A stretch of DNA of 28,849 nucleotides from a virus (IMGVR_UViG_3300048860_000016:1-28849); one strand, 5' to 3'. Counted from the stretch's first letter, positions 7,569 to 15,909 are shown. Translations and numbers: made by a program. The notes: a model not told the origin generated them from the sequence alone.

Positions 7569-7912
7569 CGGAGTGCTCCGAGTCGTGTGCGCGCCATCCA
7601 GGCCAAGCGGCGGATTAGGACGTTCGCGGCGCGGTGGACGGGCATGCGGCGCAGCATCTCGCTGGGGATGCGGCAGTGGCGTTCGAGGTCGGCTCGGGTG
7701 ACCCACCTGGTTTCGAGTCGGTCGATGCCGTGGATGCGTTGAAGTTTCCAGTCGTGAAGGACGTACGTGGTGCCGTCGATGGTCCAGTTGACGTTCTGGC
7801 CGTCGGACTCATAGATGGCGCGACCGAGCTGCTCGTCCGGGTCGAGGGTGACGGTCAGGGTGGGGGTGAGCGCGACGACGCTCGTAGGTCGGCTGATCAG
7901 GGTGAGGCTCAT
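7565..7912 (-). CDS. Hypothetical phage protein
   Basis: ATG 7912 in ATGA overlap; 115 aa fills gap exactly. Confidence 0.65.
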   Translation of the reverse strand: MSLTLISRPTSVVALTPTLTVTLDPDEQLGRAIYESDGQNVNWTIDGTTYVLHDWKLQRIHGIDRLETRWVTRADLERHCRIPSEMLRRMPVHRAANVLIRRLAWMARTRLGALR

Positions 7913-9192
7913 GCTGTGGTCTTTCTTTGGTCGGGGGTTTGGTGGCCGTGTCCGGCTTCGAGGATGCGTTCGATGCCTTCGAGGAGGTATCGGCCGGCGC
8001 CGGGTGCGTCGATGGCGGGGTCTGCTTTGGCTACTTCGACGCCGTGTTGGAGTTGGTCGAGGCGCCAATATGCTTCTGCGAGTAGCCATCTGAGCATGTC
8101 GATTTCCTTGTCTCCGGCGATGAGTGTTTTGAGCCAGTCGTATTCGCGTTCGGTCCATTGGGTGCCGCAGGTGGTGCAGTTGACCCATTCGGTGCCGTCG
8201 TCACGGCCGACGGTGGGTGCTCCGCAGTAGTTGCCGTCGCGGGTGTAGGCGGGGCAGGGCATGTCGTAGTGGTGGCGGAGTCTGGTGTGGCCGAGGTGGG
8301 CGCGGGCGCGGTGGTGGGTGTTGCGGATGCGGTGGAGGACGTCGAGGCCGGACAGCGGTTGGAGGTCTCGGGCTTGGCCGTATTGGGGGTCGGTGTCCCA
8401 CGCGTTGCAGGTGTCGCAGTTGGCTGCTGCGCGGTGTGCGCGTTGCAGCGGGTCGAGGGCGGCGGCCTGCTTCTCGGTGAACGGCAGGCCTCCCTTGCGG
8501 GAACGTTTCCGGAATGCGGCACGAAGGTGGGTTGAGATGGCCTTGGGTGTCGCTGTGTCGGCGCCGGGCATGTTGAGCGCCTGCGCGAGTGCGGCTTCGG
8601 CGGCTTGGACTTGCTCGGTGTGTGTGTCGCATCGCCGTGGCGTGGTCCACAGGTAGACCTCGGTGGCTGGAGCCTGGGCGAGGAGGTCTATGTGTGGTTC
8701 GACGAGTCGGACGCACGCGTCGATGGTCTGGATGCGATCGACTGTGACGGTGAGAGTTTCGGCGTGGTCTGCCACCGAGTTGCGTTCTGGTGGAATGTAC
8801 TTCAGTTTGCCGTTCTCGTCGGGAACTGGTGCCTTGGGTGCGGTGTTTCGGCGCGCCGTCGGGGTGTCGATGTCGAGCTGCTCGGCGACCATGGTGGCGG
8901 CGATGTCGAGAATCTCGGCGATGTCGGCCATAACGGCTTCGGCCGCCGCGCTGATCGGCATGGCGGGTGTGGGGCTGGATCGGACGAAGTCGCCGCTGGC
9001 GGACTGGTGTTCACCGAGGGCGGCACCGAGCATGTGGTAGTCGCTGGGCAGGCGCTTCACGCACTGTTCGAAGTTGGTTCGGCAGGCGTCGCACAGGACC
9101 CCGTCGTCGATGGTGAGGGCTGGCTGGCCGTCGCGTGCGGCGCGGCAGGCGCCGGCGGCGATGCACCGATGCGGCTGGCGCTCGTCAGTCAT
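7909..9192 (-). CDS. Large Cys-rich phage protein (multiple zinc-binding motifs)
   Basis: ATG 9192 with GGAG SD and ATGA overlap; C.....C...LCDAC N-terminus and CP...CG...V.CTTCG..W near the C-terminus. Confidence 0.8.
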   Translation of the reverse strand: MTDERQPHRCIAAGACRAARDGQPALTIDDGVLCDACRTNFEQCVKRLPSDYHMLGAALGEHQSASGDFVRSSPTPAMPISAAAEAVMADIAEILDIAATMVAEQLDIDTPTARRNTAPKAPVPDENGKLKYIPPERNSVADHAETLTVTVDRIQTIDACVRLVEPHIDLLAQAPATEVYLWTTPRRCDTHTEQVQAAEAALAQALNMPGADTATPKAISTHLRAAFRKRSRKGGLPFTEKQAAALDPLQRAHRAAANCDTCNAWDTDPQYGQARDLQPLSGLDVLHRIRNTHHRARAHLGHTRLRHHYDMPCPAYTRDGNYCGAPTVGRDDGTEWVNCTTCGTQWTEREYDWLKTLIAGDKEIDMLRWLLAEAYWRLDQLQHGVEVAKADPAIDAPGAGRYLLEGIERILEAGHGHQTPDQRKTTA

Positions 9193-9275
9193 CGCTTCTC
9201 CTGGCAGTCGTGGATGTAGAGGGCGGGCGTGTTGAGATCGCAGCGGCCGACGGATTCGGCGGGGCAGGTGGTCAT
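9189..9275 (-). CDS. 28-aa Cys/His micro-ORF
   Basis: MTTCPAESVGRCDLNTPALYIHDCQEKR; ATGA overlaps at both ends, GAGG SD. Confidence 0.55.
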   Translation of the reverse strand: MTTCPAESVGRCDLNTPALYIHDCQEKR

Positions 9276-9547
9276 CGACGGAGCACCTCAGCGGGAGCCT
9301 CGAACCCGACTGCGACGTCGTATGCCCCGCACGCCGTGCATTCCCAGCCCCATGGCCGGTCTTCGACGGCGCCGCGGTCGCAGTTGATGCAGCGGCGTTC
9401 GGAAGCCTCGATGAACGCGGCGATCGCGTCGGCGAACGTCTCGCACGCAGCGCCTGACTCGATGTCGTCGAAGCCGGCGGGGTAATCAACGTTCCACGGC
9501 AGGTGATAGCCGTCGTTGTGCTTGTAGATGCAGAACTTGTCGCTCAC
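9272..9547 (-). CDS. Zinc-ribbon hypothetical protein
   Basis: GTG 9547 in GTGA overlap; CINC...WECTACG. Confidence 0.7.
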   Translation of the reverse strand: MSDKFCIYKHNDGYHLPWNVDYPAGFDDIESGAACETFADAIAAFIEASERRCINCDRGAVEDRPWGWECTACGAYDVAVGFEAPAEVLRR

Positions 9548-10077
9548 TCGTCCCACCCCGTGCACTCGCCCGCGCGGTGATACCCCAGCCGCCCAGCCAC
9601 CGCATCCGCATCAGCCCGCGCCTGCTCGACCCACGCCTGACGCATGCGCCGCCACAGTGGGATTCGTGGTACGGGTGGCCGCGGTGGTGCCAGCTCGGCA
9701 TCGGTGACGGCCAAGACGGTGCGGCCGTTGACCTCGACGCGCCAGCCGGGTTCGCGCCACGATGGCAGTGGATCGGGATCGATATCGCCGAGCGGGCCGT
9801 GCGAGGCTGGCTTCATCGCGAACAGGTCGTCCATCCGATAGCCACCCTTGTCTCGGATCAGGCGCACCGTGTCCCCGACGCCGACCGGGTACAGCACCGA
9901 CTTCACGCGCTGGTTGCCGTTCATCAGCGACACGATGCGGTTGACCGGGCCGAGTGGGTCGGATGAGACGCGAACGGACCACGTGGCGGCCATCTGCAAG
10001 TCGCGGAAGGCGAGGATGGTGCTGGCTAACTCGCGCTCGGGCGGCTGGTAGGCGTGAAGTTCGGCTTTCAGGGTCAT
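9544..10077 (-). CDS. Hypothetical phage protein
   Basis: ATG 10077 with AAGGAG SD and ATGA overlap; 177 aa. Confidence 0.7.
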   Translation of the reverse strand: MTLKAELHAYQPPERELASTILAFRDLQMAATWSVRVSSDPLGPVNRIVSLMNGNQRVKSVLYPVGVGDTVRLIRDKGGYRMDDLFAMKPASHGPLGDIDPDPLPSWREPGWRVEVNGRTVLAVTDAELAPPRPPVPRIPLWRRMRQAWVEQARADADAVAGRLGYHRAGECTGWDE

Positions 10078-10616
10078 GCATTCGTCTCCTTGATCGCGGC
10101 TCGTCGGGCGTCGAAGTGGGTGCGGCACAGGAAGGCCGCGCCGTCTCGCACGGACACCTGGAGCACCATGCGGTCCCAGCCGCCGAGGAACTTCCCGCAG
10201 TCGGCGCAGTGCCATAGCTCGGGTTCTCTGTGCCGGTTGCGTTGCCAGCACTCGATGCAGATCGCGTCGTCGTACTGTGGGACGAGGAACTTGCTCCACT
10301 CGAACGACCCGCAGATAGGGCACTCGGTCGGCATGGGGCTCTGGTCGAGCACGTTGCGGACGACCGTCCACGGGTTGATATCCAGATCCCGCATCGTCTG
10401 CGCCCAGATGGGTGTCAGTGCGCAGTTCCAGCGGTGGTAGGGGTCCATCGGGCAGTCGCATGATGGCGCCGGCCGGACGTCGGCCCACACGGCGCGGAGT
10501 GCGTCGCCCAGGCCAGGGAGGATCGAGTCGTAGGCTTCGGCGCTGGCTTCGATGTAGGCGTCGGCGTGGGCGAGCACTTCGGGTGGTTGGTCGGCGGGCC
10601 AGTAGTCCAGGTTCAT
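10074..10616 (-). CDS. Cys-rich hypothetical phage protein
   Basis: ATG 10616 in ATGA overlap; CDC...H...C, CPIC, CIEC, CADC, CRTH motifs. Confidence 0.72.
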   Translation of the reverse strand: MNLDYWPADQPPEVLAHADAYIEASAEAYDSILPGLGDALRAVWADVRPAPSCDCPMDPYHRWNCALTPIWAQTMRDLDINPWTVVRNVLDQSPMPTECPICGSFEWSKFLVPQYDDAICIECWQRNRHREPELWHCADCGKFLGGWDRMVLQVSVRDGAAFLCRTHFDARRAAIKETNA

Positions 10617-10774
10617 CGCCGCCCCCACGCGCTTCGGTGGAGCCGTCGGCGCCGGCGTGCCTGGGCCATCAATTCGACGCTGTACGGCTCTGTGCGTGCG
10701 TCAGCCGTCCGCTGACCCGCGGCAAGGGCTGTTTGGGCGTCCTGTGGGCGGCTGGGCGGCACTGTGGTGGTCAT
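10613..10774 (-). CDS. 53-aa basic hypothetical protein
   Basis: MTTTVPPSRPQ...RRRRRLHRSAWGRR; ATGA overlaps at both ends. Confidence 0.55.
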   Translation of the reverse strand: MTTTVPPSRPQDAQTALAAGQRTADARTEPYSVELMAQARRRRRLHRSAWGRR

Positions 10775-11256
10775 GACGCGACCTGCGCGGCTTCGCGTCG
10801 TGATGGGTGGGGGGTGGCGCGTCGGATGTCGGTCTGTGGGATGACGCAGGGTTGGCCTTGGCTGGCGTGGCAGAACGGGCAGCGCACGGTGAGGGCGGGG
10901 TGGATGCCGCGGCGTTGGTATTTCGGTGCGTCGGACGGGATGGCTTTGTCGGCGGCGAGTTCGGTGACGCGGTCGGCGACTTTCGATTCGAGGGCCTGTT
11001 GGCGGGCTTCGCGTGCTTCGTCGGGTTCGCGCTGCTGCTGGTCGAGGCGGATAGCGCGGACGCGTTCGTGGACGTGGCCGGGTTCGAGCCAGACGCCGGG
11101 TTTGTCGCGGAGGTGGTCGCGGACGGCGCGCAGCGAGAGGTCTTTCGGGAGGTCGCCGATGATGGCTTGCCAGACGTCGACGTCGGTTTCGCCGATGGTG
11201 CGGCGGGTGGCGGCGGCGACGACGGAGAGCACGTCGATGACGTCGTTTCGGTTCAT
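10771..11256 (-). CDS. Helicase loader/inhibitor-like protein (G39P-like) with C-terminal zinc finger
   Basis: MNRNDVIDVL..VAA...RTIGETDV.VW...AV.DH...WL.PGHV; C-terminal CPFCHA..G.PC...H..R; directly after Rep. Confidence 0.65.
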   Translation of the reverse strand: MNRNDVIDVLSVVAAATRRTIGETDVDVWQAIIGDLPKDLSLRAVRDHLRDKPGVWLEPGHVHERVRAIRLDQQQREPDEAREARQQALESKVADRVTELAADKAIPSDAPKYQRRGIHPALTVRCPFCHASQGQPCVIPQTDIRRATPHPSRREAAQVAS

Positions 11257-12095
11257 GGTTCGAGCTCCAATCGGCCGTTGCGGGGTGCTGTCTTGAGTGC
11301 TTGGGCGGCTGCGAATGCGGCGTCTGAGGCGGGCACGCGGTGTCCGTTGATGGCTGGGGTTGCGCGGCTCTTGATGACCTCGGAGCACAGCGACGACAGG
11401 ATCGTTCGGCCGATGCCGATGCCGGGTTTGTCACACCAGAGCTTGAGGGCGGCGCTGACGGTGTCGCGGTCGGTTCCGGTGTTGAGGAGCTCGGAGGCTT
11501 GGAGACGCAGCGACGTGAGGGTCGCCGGCGGGTGTCCGTGGGGCACGACTTCGCGTACGAGATCGGCGCCGGGGGTGGCGGATGCGGCGGCGGTCGGCTC
11601 GGGCGCGCTGTGTGGTTCCGTACGTACTGGAGTAGGTGATTCCCCTGTTCCCCTGTTCCCCTGTTCCCCTGTTCCAGTCGCGAGGGTTCGCGAGGGTTCG
11701 CGAGGGCTCGCTACGCACTCGCGAATCTGTGACGACTTGTAGTCCATCGTGCCGTCTGGCCTGCGGAAACGTCCCGACTGCGGCCGGTCCACTCGCTGGA
11801 TCGATTCCCAGAACGACACGTAGAGGAGATCGGTGCCGTCGGCGTCGTAACGCCACACCAAACCGGCCTGGTGAAGCTCGTCAATGGCTGCAGACACCCT
11901 CGCGAGGGTTCGCGAGGGCTCGCGAATCGCGTCCCGCTGGAACAAATCGCCGATGATCAACTCGATGTCGTCCTTGCCGACACCGTTGTCATCGACGTAC
12001 GACTCGAGGCCCTTCAGCACGAGTCGCGCGTCCCAAGACACGGAGGCAATTCGGTGGGATCGCCAGAATTCTGGCTTCGTGGATCGGATTCGCAT
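11253..12095 (-). CDS. Phage replication initiator (RepA/O-like)
   Basis: MRIRSTKPEFW...ARL...GL.SYVDDNG.G...W...Q..DRP N-terminus of actinophage replication proteins; internal direct repeats. Confidence 0.82.
   Translation of the reverse strand: MRIRSTKPEFWRSHRIASVSWDARLVLKGLESYVDDNGVGKDDIELIIGDLFQRDAIREPSRTLARVSAAIDELHQAGLVWRYDADGTDLLYVSFWESIQRVDRPQSGRFRRPDGTMDYKSSQIRECVASPREPSRTLATGTGEQGNRGTGESPTPVRTEPHSAPEPTAAASATPGADLVREVVPHGHPPATLTSLRLQASELLNTGTDRDTVSAALKLWCDKPGIGIGRTILSSLCSEVIKSRATPAINGHRVPASDAAFAAAQALKTAPRNGRLELEP
11640..11726. repeat. Iteron-like tandem repeats inside rep (putative origin)
   Basis: (TTCCCCTG)x4 at 11640-11671; TCGCGAGGG(T/C) x3 at 11678-11707 with degenerate copies to 11726. 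Confidence 0.75.
11897..11928. repeat. Second cluster of the 10-bp TCGCGAGGGY repeat
   Basis: TCGCGAGGGT TCGCGAGGGC TCGCGAATC at 11900-11928; palindrome CCCTCGCGAGGG at 11897-11908. Confidence 0.7.
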
Positions 12096-12298
12096 CAGCG
12101 GGCCTCGTTGCGGTCGGGCTGGGTCGCGTGGATGGCGCGGAGCTTCTCGCGGACCTGGTCGACGATGTCGTCGATCGCGTCGAGGCTGACCCGGTAGGGC
12201 TTAGTGCGGAGGTCCGGCCACTCGCGGCATCGACCGACCAGCAGACCCTTGTCGTTGCGCTCCGCGTAGAACTCGCACTCATGCAGCGGGTTAGGCAT
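12095..12298 (-). CDS. 67-aa protein resembling the HicB antitoxin N-terminal domain
   Basis: ATG 12298 with GAGG SD; F.AE....G.LVG.C.EWP.L...A...I...V pattern resembles HicB; TGATG-coupled to rep. Confidence 0.55.
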   Translation of the reverse strand: MPNPLHECEFYAERNDKGLLVGRCREWPDLRTKPYRVSLDAIDDIVDQVREKLRAIHATQPDRNEAR

Positions 12299-12668
12299 GG
12301 ACCACCTCGAGCAATACATCGGCGTGGCAGGGAGATGAGAGCGGGCACCAGCAGACGAGGTCGTGGCCGCGGAGCGCGGTGAGCTGCTCGGCAGTGGGGG
12401 GCAGCGGTGCGAGATCGTGGCCGCCGCTCAGTAGTTTCCGGCCGCCGAGCCACTGCCGGTATGCCTCAACGGCCTGCTCGGCGCCGGTGATCGCGATCTC
12501 GGCAAGGGCGGATCGCCCCATCGCGACGCGATCAATCACGGTGCCGATACGGAAGGGGTTGCCGTAGGGGGTGCCGCGGCCGACGAAACGCGCCTGCTTA
12601 CCGCACCCGCATCCGCACAGTGGGGTGCGCCAGCCCTTGGTTCGCTTCCGCTGAATCCGTTCAGGCAT
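12291..12668 (-). CDS. DUF4326 family protein
   Basis: MPERIQRKRTKGWR...VGRGTPYGNPF...LRGHDLVCWCP...PCHADVLLE signature. Confidence 0.9.
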   Translation of the reverse strand: MPERIQRKRTKGWRTPLCGCGCGKQARFVGRGTPYGNPFRIGTVIDRVAMGRSALAEIAITGAEQAVEAYRQWLGGRKLLSGGHDLAPLPPTAEQLTALRGHDLVCWCPLSSPCHADVLLEVVHA

Positions 12669-12816
12669 CGACAGTCACCTCCTGGTGTCCGGCGGCGGTG
12701 TAGTCGGTGTGGCATTCGTCGCAGCGGGGCCGGCCGGCGGAGTGCGGCCGGCCGCACAGCGCGACACACAGGCCAGCGCGGTACGCGGCGTGCTGCTCCG
12801 GCGTCGACGCGGTCAT
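12661..12816 (-). CDS. 51-aa zinc-finger microprotein
   Basis: MTASTPEQHAAYRAGLCVALCGRPHSAGRPRCDECH...; ATGA overlap upstream. Confidence 0.7.
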   Translation of the reverse strand: MTASTPEQHAAYRAGLCVALCGRPHSAGRPRCDECHTDYTAAGHQEVTVDA

Positions 12817-13262
12817 CGGCGGCCCGTTCGTTCGTGCTCGACGACGATGGGGATGCCGGCGGCTTCGGCGCGGCGCATGCAGTCGCGGGTGCCGCGTGAG
12901 GTCGTGGTGGGGAATGCGAGGCAGACGTCGGCGCCGAGGTCGACCATGGCCTGGTTGCGGAGGTGTCCGGCCATTGGGCAGTAGGAGCGGCCGTTCTTCT
13001 CGCGGGGCCGGTGGTAGCAATTTTCGTCGCAGTCGCGGTGCCAGTCGGCGGGGTGCGGCTCGGCTTCGACTGTCACCCACGGCTTGAAGTGGACGAGGGT
13101 GGCCCACCGGTGGGCAAATGCGTCTGCGCCGGTTGGGCATGCGCCGTGCACCACGATGAGGTGGTGGTCGTCGGCTTGTTGGAGTTCGCGGACGAGCGCG
13201 TAGTAGACGGCGTATTCATCGGTCCACGACCGGGAGCCGGTGACCAGCACGCGGCGCGCCAT
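12813..13262 (-). CDS. SLOG-superfamily protein (YspA/cpYpsA-like, DUF2493)
   Basis: RVLVTGSR.W...VVHGACPTGAD...HPADW...AG..RN..MV..GAD.CLAF...GT..C. Confidence 0.9.
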   Translation of the reverse strand: MARRVLVTGSRSWTDEYAVYYALVRELQQADDHHLIVVHGACPTGADAFAHRWATLVHFKPWVTVEAEPHPADWHRDCDENCYHRPREKNGRSYCPMAGHLRNQAMVDLGADVCLAFPTTTSRGTRDCMRRAEAAGIPIVVEHERTGRR

Positions 13263-13984
13263 CAGACGGTCACCGCCTCGGGGCAGTGATCCCAGGTGCG
13301 GCCGGCGAGCTCGCTGCAAGCGGCAGCTGGCCTGGCTGACTTCCGATACGGTGTCGAGCCATGACGGTGCTGGGAGCTGCAGAATCTGCGGCGGAGTTCA
13401 CGACGGGATTCTGGGGCGCTGTGGGTCTGGCCGCCGCAATTGCGACCGCGCTCGCCACGGCGGCCTCCACCGCTGTCTCGATTTGGTGGAGGTACCAAGA
13501 CCGGACCGAGGCGGAATGGTCGATACGCGTTGAAGAACGTGGCGGCAGGGACCGTAACGGGGACCGGGTTGGCGAACCGAGAGTCGGTGTCGTGCTGCAA
13601 AACATCGGCGATGGGGCTGCTCATCAGGTCCGGGTTTCCGGCACGCACCTGGTCGACGAGCCGCGAGTGTCTGAAGGGAACGCAACTGTCAGTCAAAGCG
13701 GGAGCCACTTTCGGCGCCGGGTTCACCAACCCGTCCCCGTGTTGAGAACGGGCGACGACATCTTCGTGCGTGTCGAAGCCGAAAGCTTCGAAGTGTGGAA
13801 TCAGGCCACGATCGAGGTCACCTGGTTGCCACCGCCTACACGGAAGAAGAAGGACTGGTTTGTCTTCTCGCGCGAGCAGCGCCAGCGTTTCACTCTGGGC
13901 GATGTAACTACCCCGCCCAACGATCTGCCGGCCGCGAAAGACGGCGACGCGGGCTACTAGCGCGTCATACAGCAGGCCTATCAT
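13262..13984 (-). CDS. Antisense ORF (240 aa) coupled to both neighbours; coding status uncertain
   Basis: ATG overlaps MTase stop (ATGA, GAGG SD) and TGA overlaps SLOG start (TGATG), but it lies in codon register opposite the plus-strand gene. Confidence 0.35.
   Translation of the reverse strand: MIGLLYDALVARVAVFRGRQIVGRGSYIAQSETLALLAREDKPVLLLPCRRWQPGDLDRGLIPHFEAFGFDTHEDVVARSQHGDGLVNPAPKVAPALTDSCVPFRHSRLVDQVRAGNPDLMSSPIADVLQHDTDSRFANPVPVTVPAATFFNAYRPFRLGPVLVPPPNRDSGGGRRGERGRNCGGQTHSAPESRRELRRRFCSSQHRHGSTPYRKSARPAAACSELAGRTWDHCPEAVTV
13361..13960 (+). CDS. Single-pass membrane protein, counter-oriented moron
   Basis: N-terminal TM (FWGAVGLAAAIATALATAASTAVSIWW) then beta-rich domain with LQNIGDGAAHQV; TACGGT -10 at 13347-13352, 8 nt before ATG (leaderless). 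Confidence 0.75.
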   Translation: MTVLGAAESAAEFTTGFWGAVGLAAAIATALATAASTAVSIWWRYQDRTEAEWSIRVEERGGRDRNGDRVGEPRVGVVLQNIGDGAAHQVRVSGTHLVDEPRVSEGNATVSQSGSHFRRRVHQPVPVLRTGDDIFVRVEAESFEVWNQATIEVTWLPPPTRKKKDWFVFSREQRQRFTLGDVTTPPNDLPAAKDGDAGY

Positions 13985-15909
13985 GCAGCCTCTTCTCGGT
14001 GCAGTACGGCGCGAAGCCGGGCGCCGATCCACTCGCCGACCTGTGGCGAGACGGCGTTACCGAAGCCGTCGACCTGGTTCCGGGCGCTGCCCCACACGAT
14101 GAAGGTGCCGGTGTAGTCAGCGAAGTCGACGTCGAATCCGCAGCCCCGGCCGATTTCGTGGGCGGCCATCATGCGGAAGTAGCAGTCCTCGAGCCTGAGG
14201 TCGGCGAGCACCGCGTGCCACTCGGCGGTCAGCAGCGCGGTGGTGTCGCGGGAGGTGAGCGTGCCGAAGGGGTCGGTCACCGGGTGCGGCGCTGTCTCGG
14301 TGCCCGTGCTGCCGTTCTGCTTGTACCAGCCGGAGAACAGCATGCCCTGGGTGACAGCGGATCCGACGATCGTGCCGAGCGGCCGGTCGACGGGGTAGGT
14401 GCGGTACTTCGCCTCGTCGATCGACCCGTTGCACTGCACGCGGCCAGCCGCGGTGAGCACACCGGGTACCTGGTCACTGGTGACGGTGGGCATCGCTTCG
14501 CCGTGCGTTGTGGGGACGGTGTTCCTACGGAAAGGGACGACGCCACTCGACAGGACACCGAGTCCACCGGAGCCGGCGCCGCCTACGACGGTCTCCATGG
14601 GTTCGCCGGCGCCGCGGGACGTTCCGTGTGTGCGGTTCGGCAGCACCCGGGCGGAGACGAGGCCGAGTGTCTCGGAGCCGCCCTGCGTCGGTAGTGCCTC
14701 GTCGGCGCCGCGGGGTGCGCCCTGGAAGTTGTTGACCGCGAGCAGAAGCGCCTTCTCGTGGGTGCTGGTGACGGTGTCCATCGGGCGGGCGATGTTCTGG
14801 CCGTCGCCATTGTGTCGATGCGCTGCGAGGACTGCGCCGGTTGAAAGGAGCGCGGTCTCCTGCTGGCTGGTCTGCGTTGCGAGTGGCTGCCATGGGTGCT
14901 TCTCGGTGCCGTGGGCGGCTTTGGCTGGCATGAGGACCGCGGGGAATTCGGCGAACCGTTGGCGGCACCGCTCGGCGCGCGCCATGGTCGCTGGGGCGAG
15001 GGGCTTCTTGCGGTCGCCGATGCGGGTGCCGAGGTCGGACAGGTCGAGCGCGGCGAGCGACGGCGTCATCGGCGGCACGACAACCTGTCGGCAGGATGGG
15101 CAGCGGTACTCGTACTGCTTGCCGTAGCGCACTGACCCGGTCGGGGGCACTCCGGTGCGCCAGGTCCACACCGCTTCGACGACGCGATCGCAGCTGCCAC
15201 ACCAGGACGGCGGCCGGTGGTCGAGGTCCGGCGTCGGTAGCGCGCGGTCCCAGAACGCGATGTACAGGCGGTCTCGGGATTGCGGGACGCCGAAGAACAT
15301 CGAGTTGAGGTACAGCACTCGGTATCGGTAGCCGAGCTTGGTGAATTCGTTGAGCCACCATCGGTATGTCGATCCGTCGCCTACCTTCATCTTTCCGGGC
15401 ACGGCCGGGCCCCACGACGTCAGTTCGGTGGTGCATTCGACGAGGATCAGCCGCGGGTGGTGCTGCGCGGCGTAGTGCAGGACGCAGTTCGCGGTCGCGC
15501 GGTCGCGCTCGGACCTGGTGACCCGCGCGTCGAAGTCGGGATCGTCGAGGTCGAACAGCGACAGTCCTTGCTCGTAAGCCTTCTGTGTGTTGGCGGGTGA
15601 GTGGTTGACGCAGCTGACGCCGGCGACGAGTAGGTCGGCGGCGGGGAGGTCGCGCGCGGAGTGGTAGTCGGCCGCGTCGCGGTCGACGAGGTCGGCGATC
15701 CAGTGCTCGGCCTCGGGGTGGTTCGCTTCGTGGACTTCGACCTTGTAGCGGTTGTGGTTCGCGGCCATGATCGTTTCGAAGCCAGCCCGTTTGATGCCGG
15801 TGGTGAGTCCGCCGAACCCGGAGAACAGGTCGACGGCGATGAGTTCGTCGTGGGCGAAACGACGTCGGCGTGTGGCGGGGCGATGCTCCGCGGTGGCGGC
15901 TGGGGTCAC
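13981..15909 (-). CDS. Orphan C5-cytosine DNA methyltransferase
   Basis: Motif I DLFSGFGG, IV GVSC, VI VECT, VIII GVPQSRDR, X GNAVSP; GTG 15909 in GTGA overlap. Confidence 0.9.
   Translation of the reverse strand: MTPAATAEHRPATRRRRFAHDELIAVDLFSGFGGLTTGIKRAGFETIMAANHNRYKVEVHEANHPEAEHWIADLVDRDAADYHSARDLPAADLLVAGVSCVNHSPANTQKAYEQGLSLFDLDDPDFDARVTRSERDRATANCVLHYAAQHHPRLILVECTTELTSWGPAVPGKMKVGDGSTYRWWLNEFTKLGYRYRVLYLNSMFFGVPQSRDRLYIAFWDRALPTPDLDHRPPSWCGSCDRVVEAVWTWRTGVPPTGSVRYGKQYEYRCPSCRQVVVPPMTPSLAALDLSDLGTRIGDRKKPLAPATMARAERCRQRFAEFPAVLMPAKAAHGTEKHPWQPLATQTSQQETALLSTGAVLAAHRHNGDGQNIARPMDTVTSTHEKALLLAVNNFQGAPRGADEALPTQGGSETLGLVSARVLPNRTHGTSRGAGEPMETVVGGAGSGGLGVLSSGVVPFRRNTVPTTHGEAMPTVTSDQVPGVLTAAGRVQCNGSIDEAKYRTYPVDRPLGTIVGSAVTQGMLFSGWYKQNGSTGTETAPHPVTDPFGTLTSRDTTALLTAEWHAVLADLRLEDCYFRMMAAHEIGRGCGFDVDFADYTGTFIVWGSARNQVDGFGNAVSPQVGEWIGARLRAVLHREEAA

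Noticed and set aside
7909-9489. Long upstream extensions given by the ORF track (also 17353-19062, 18663-20051, 21541-22827, 21170-22057, 9544-10488)
   Set aside because: Extensions are Arg/Pro-rich and overlap other genes; internal starts with SD and ATGA overlaps fit better. Not fusions or frameshifts.
11640-11726. Tandem repeats as CRISPR or contingency locus
   Set aside because: No spacers, no cas genes; units of 8 and 10 bp inside an intact rep frame fit iterons better.
5300-13300. Strong G/T skew on the plus strand
   Set aside because: Explained by C/A-rich codon usage of the minus-strand phage genes; no separate periodic signal found.
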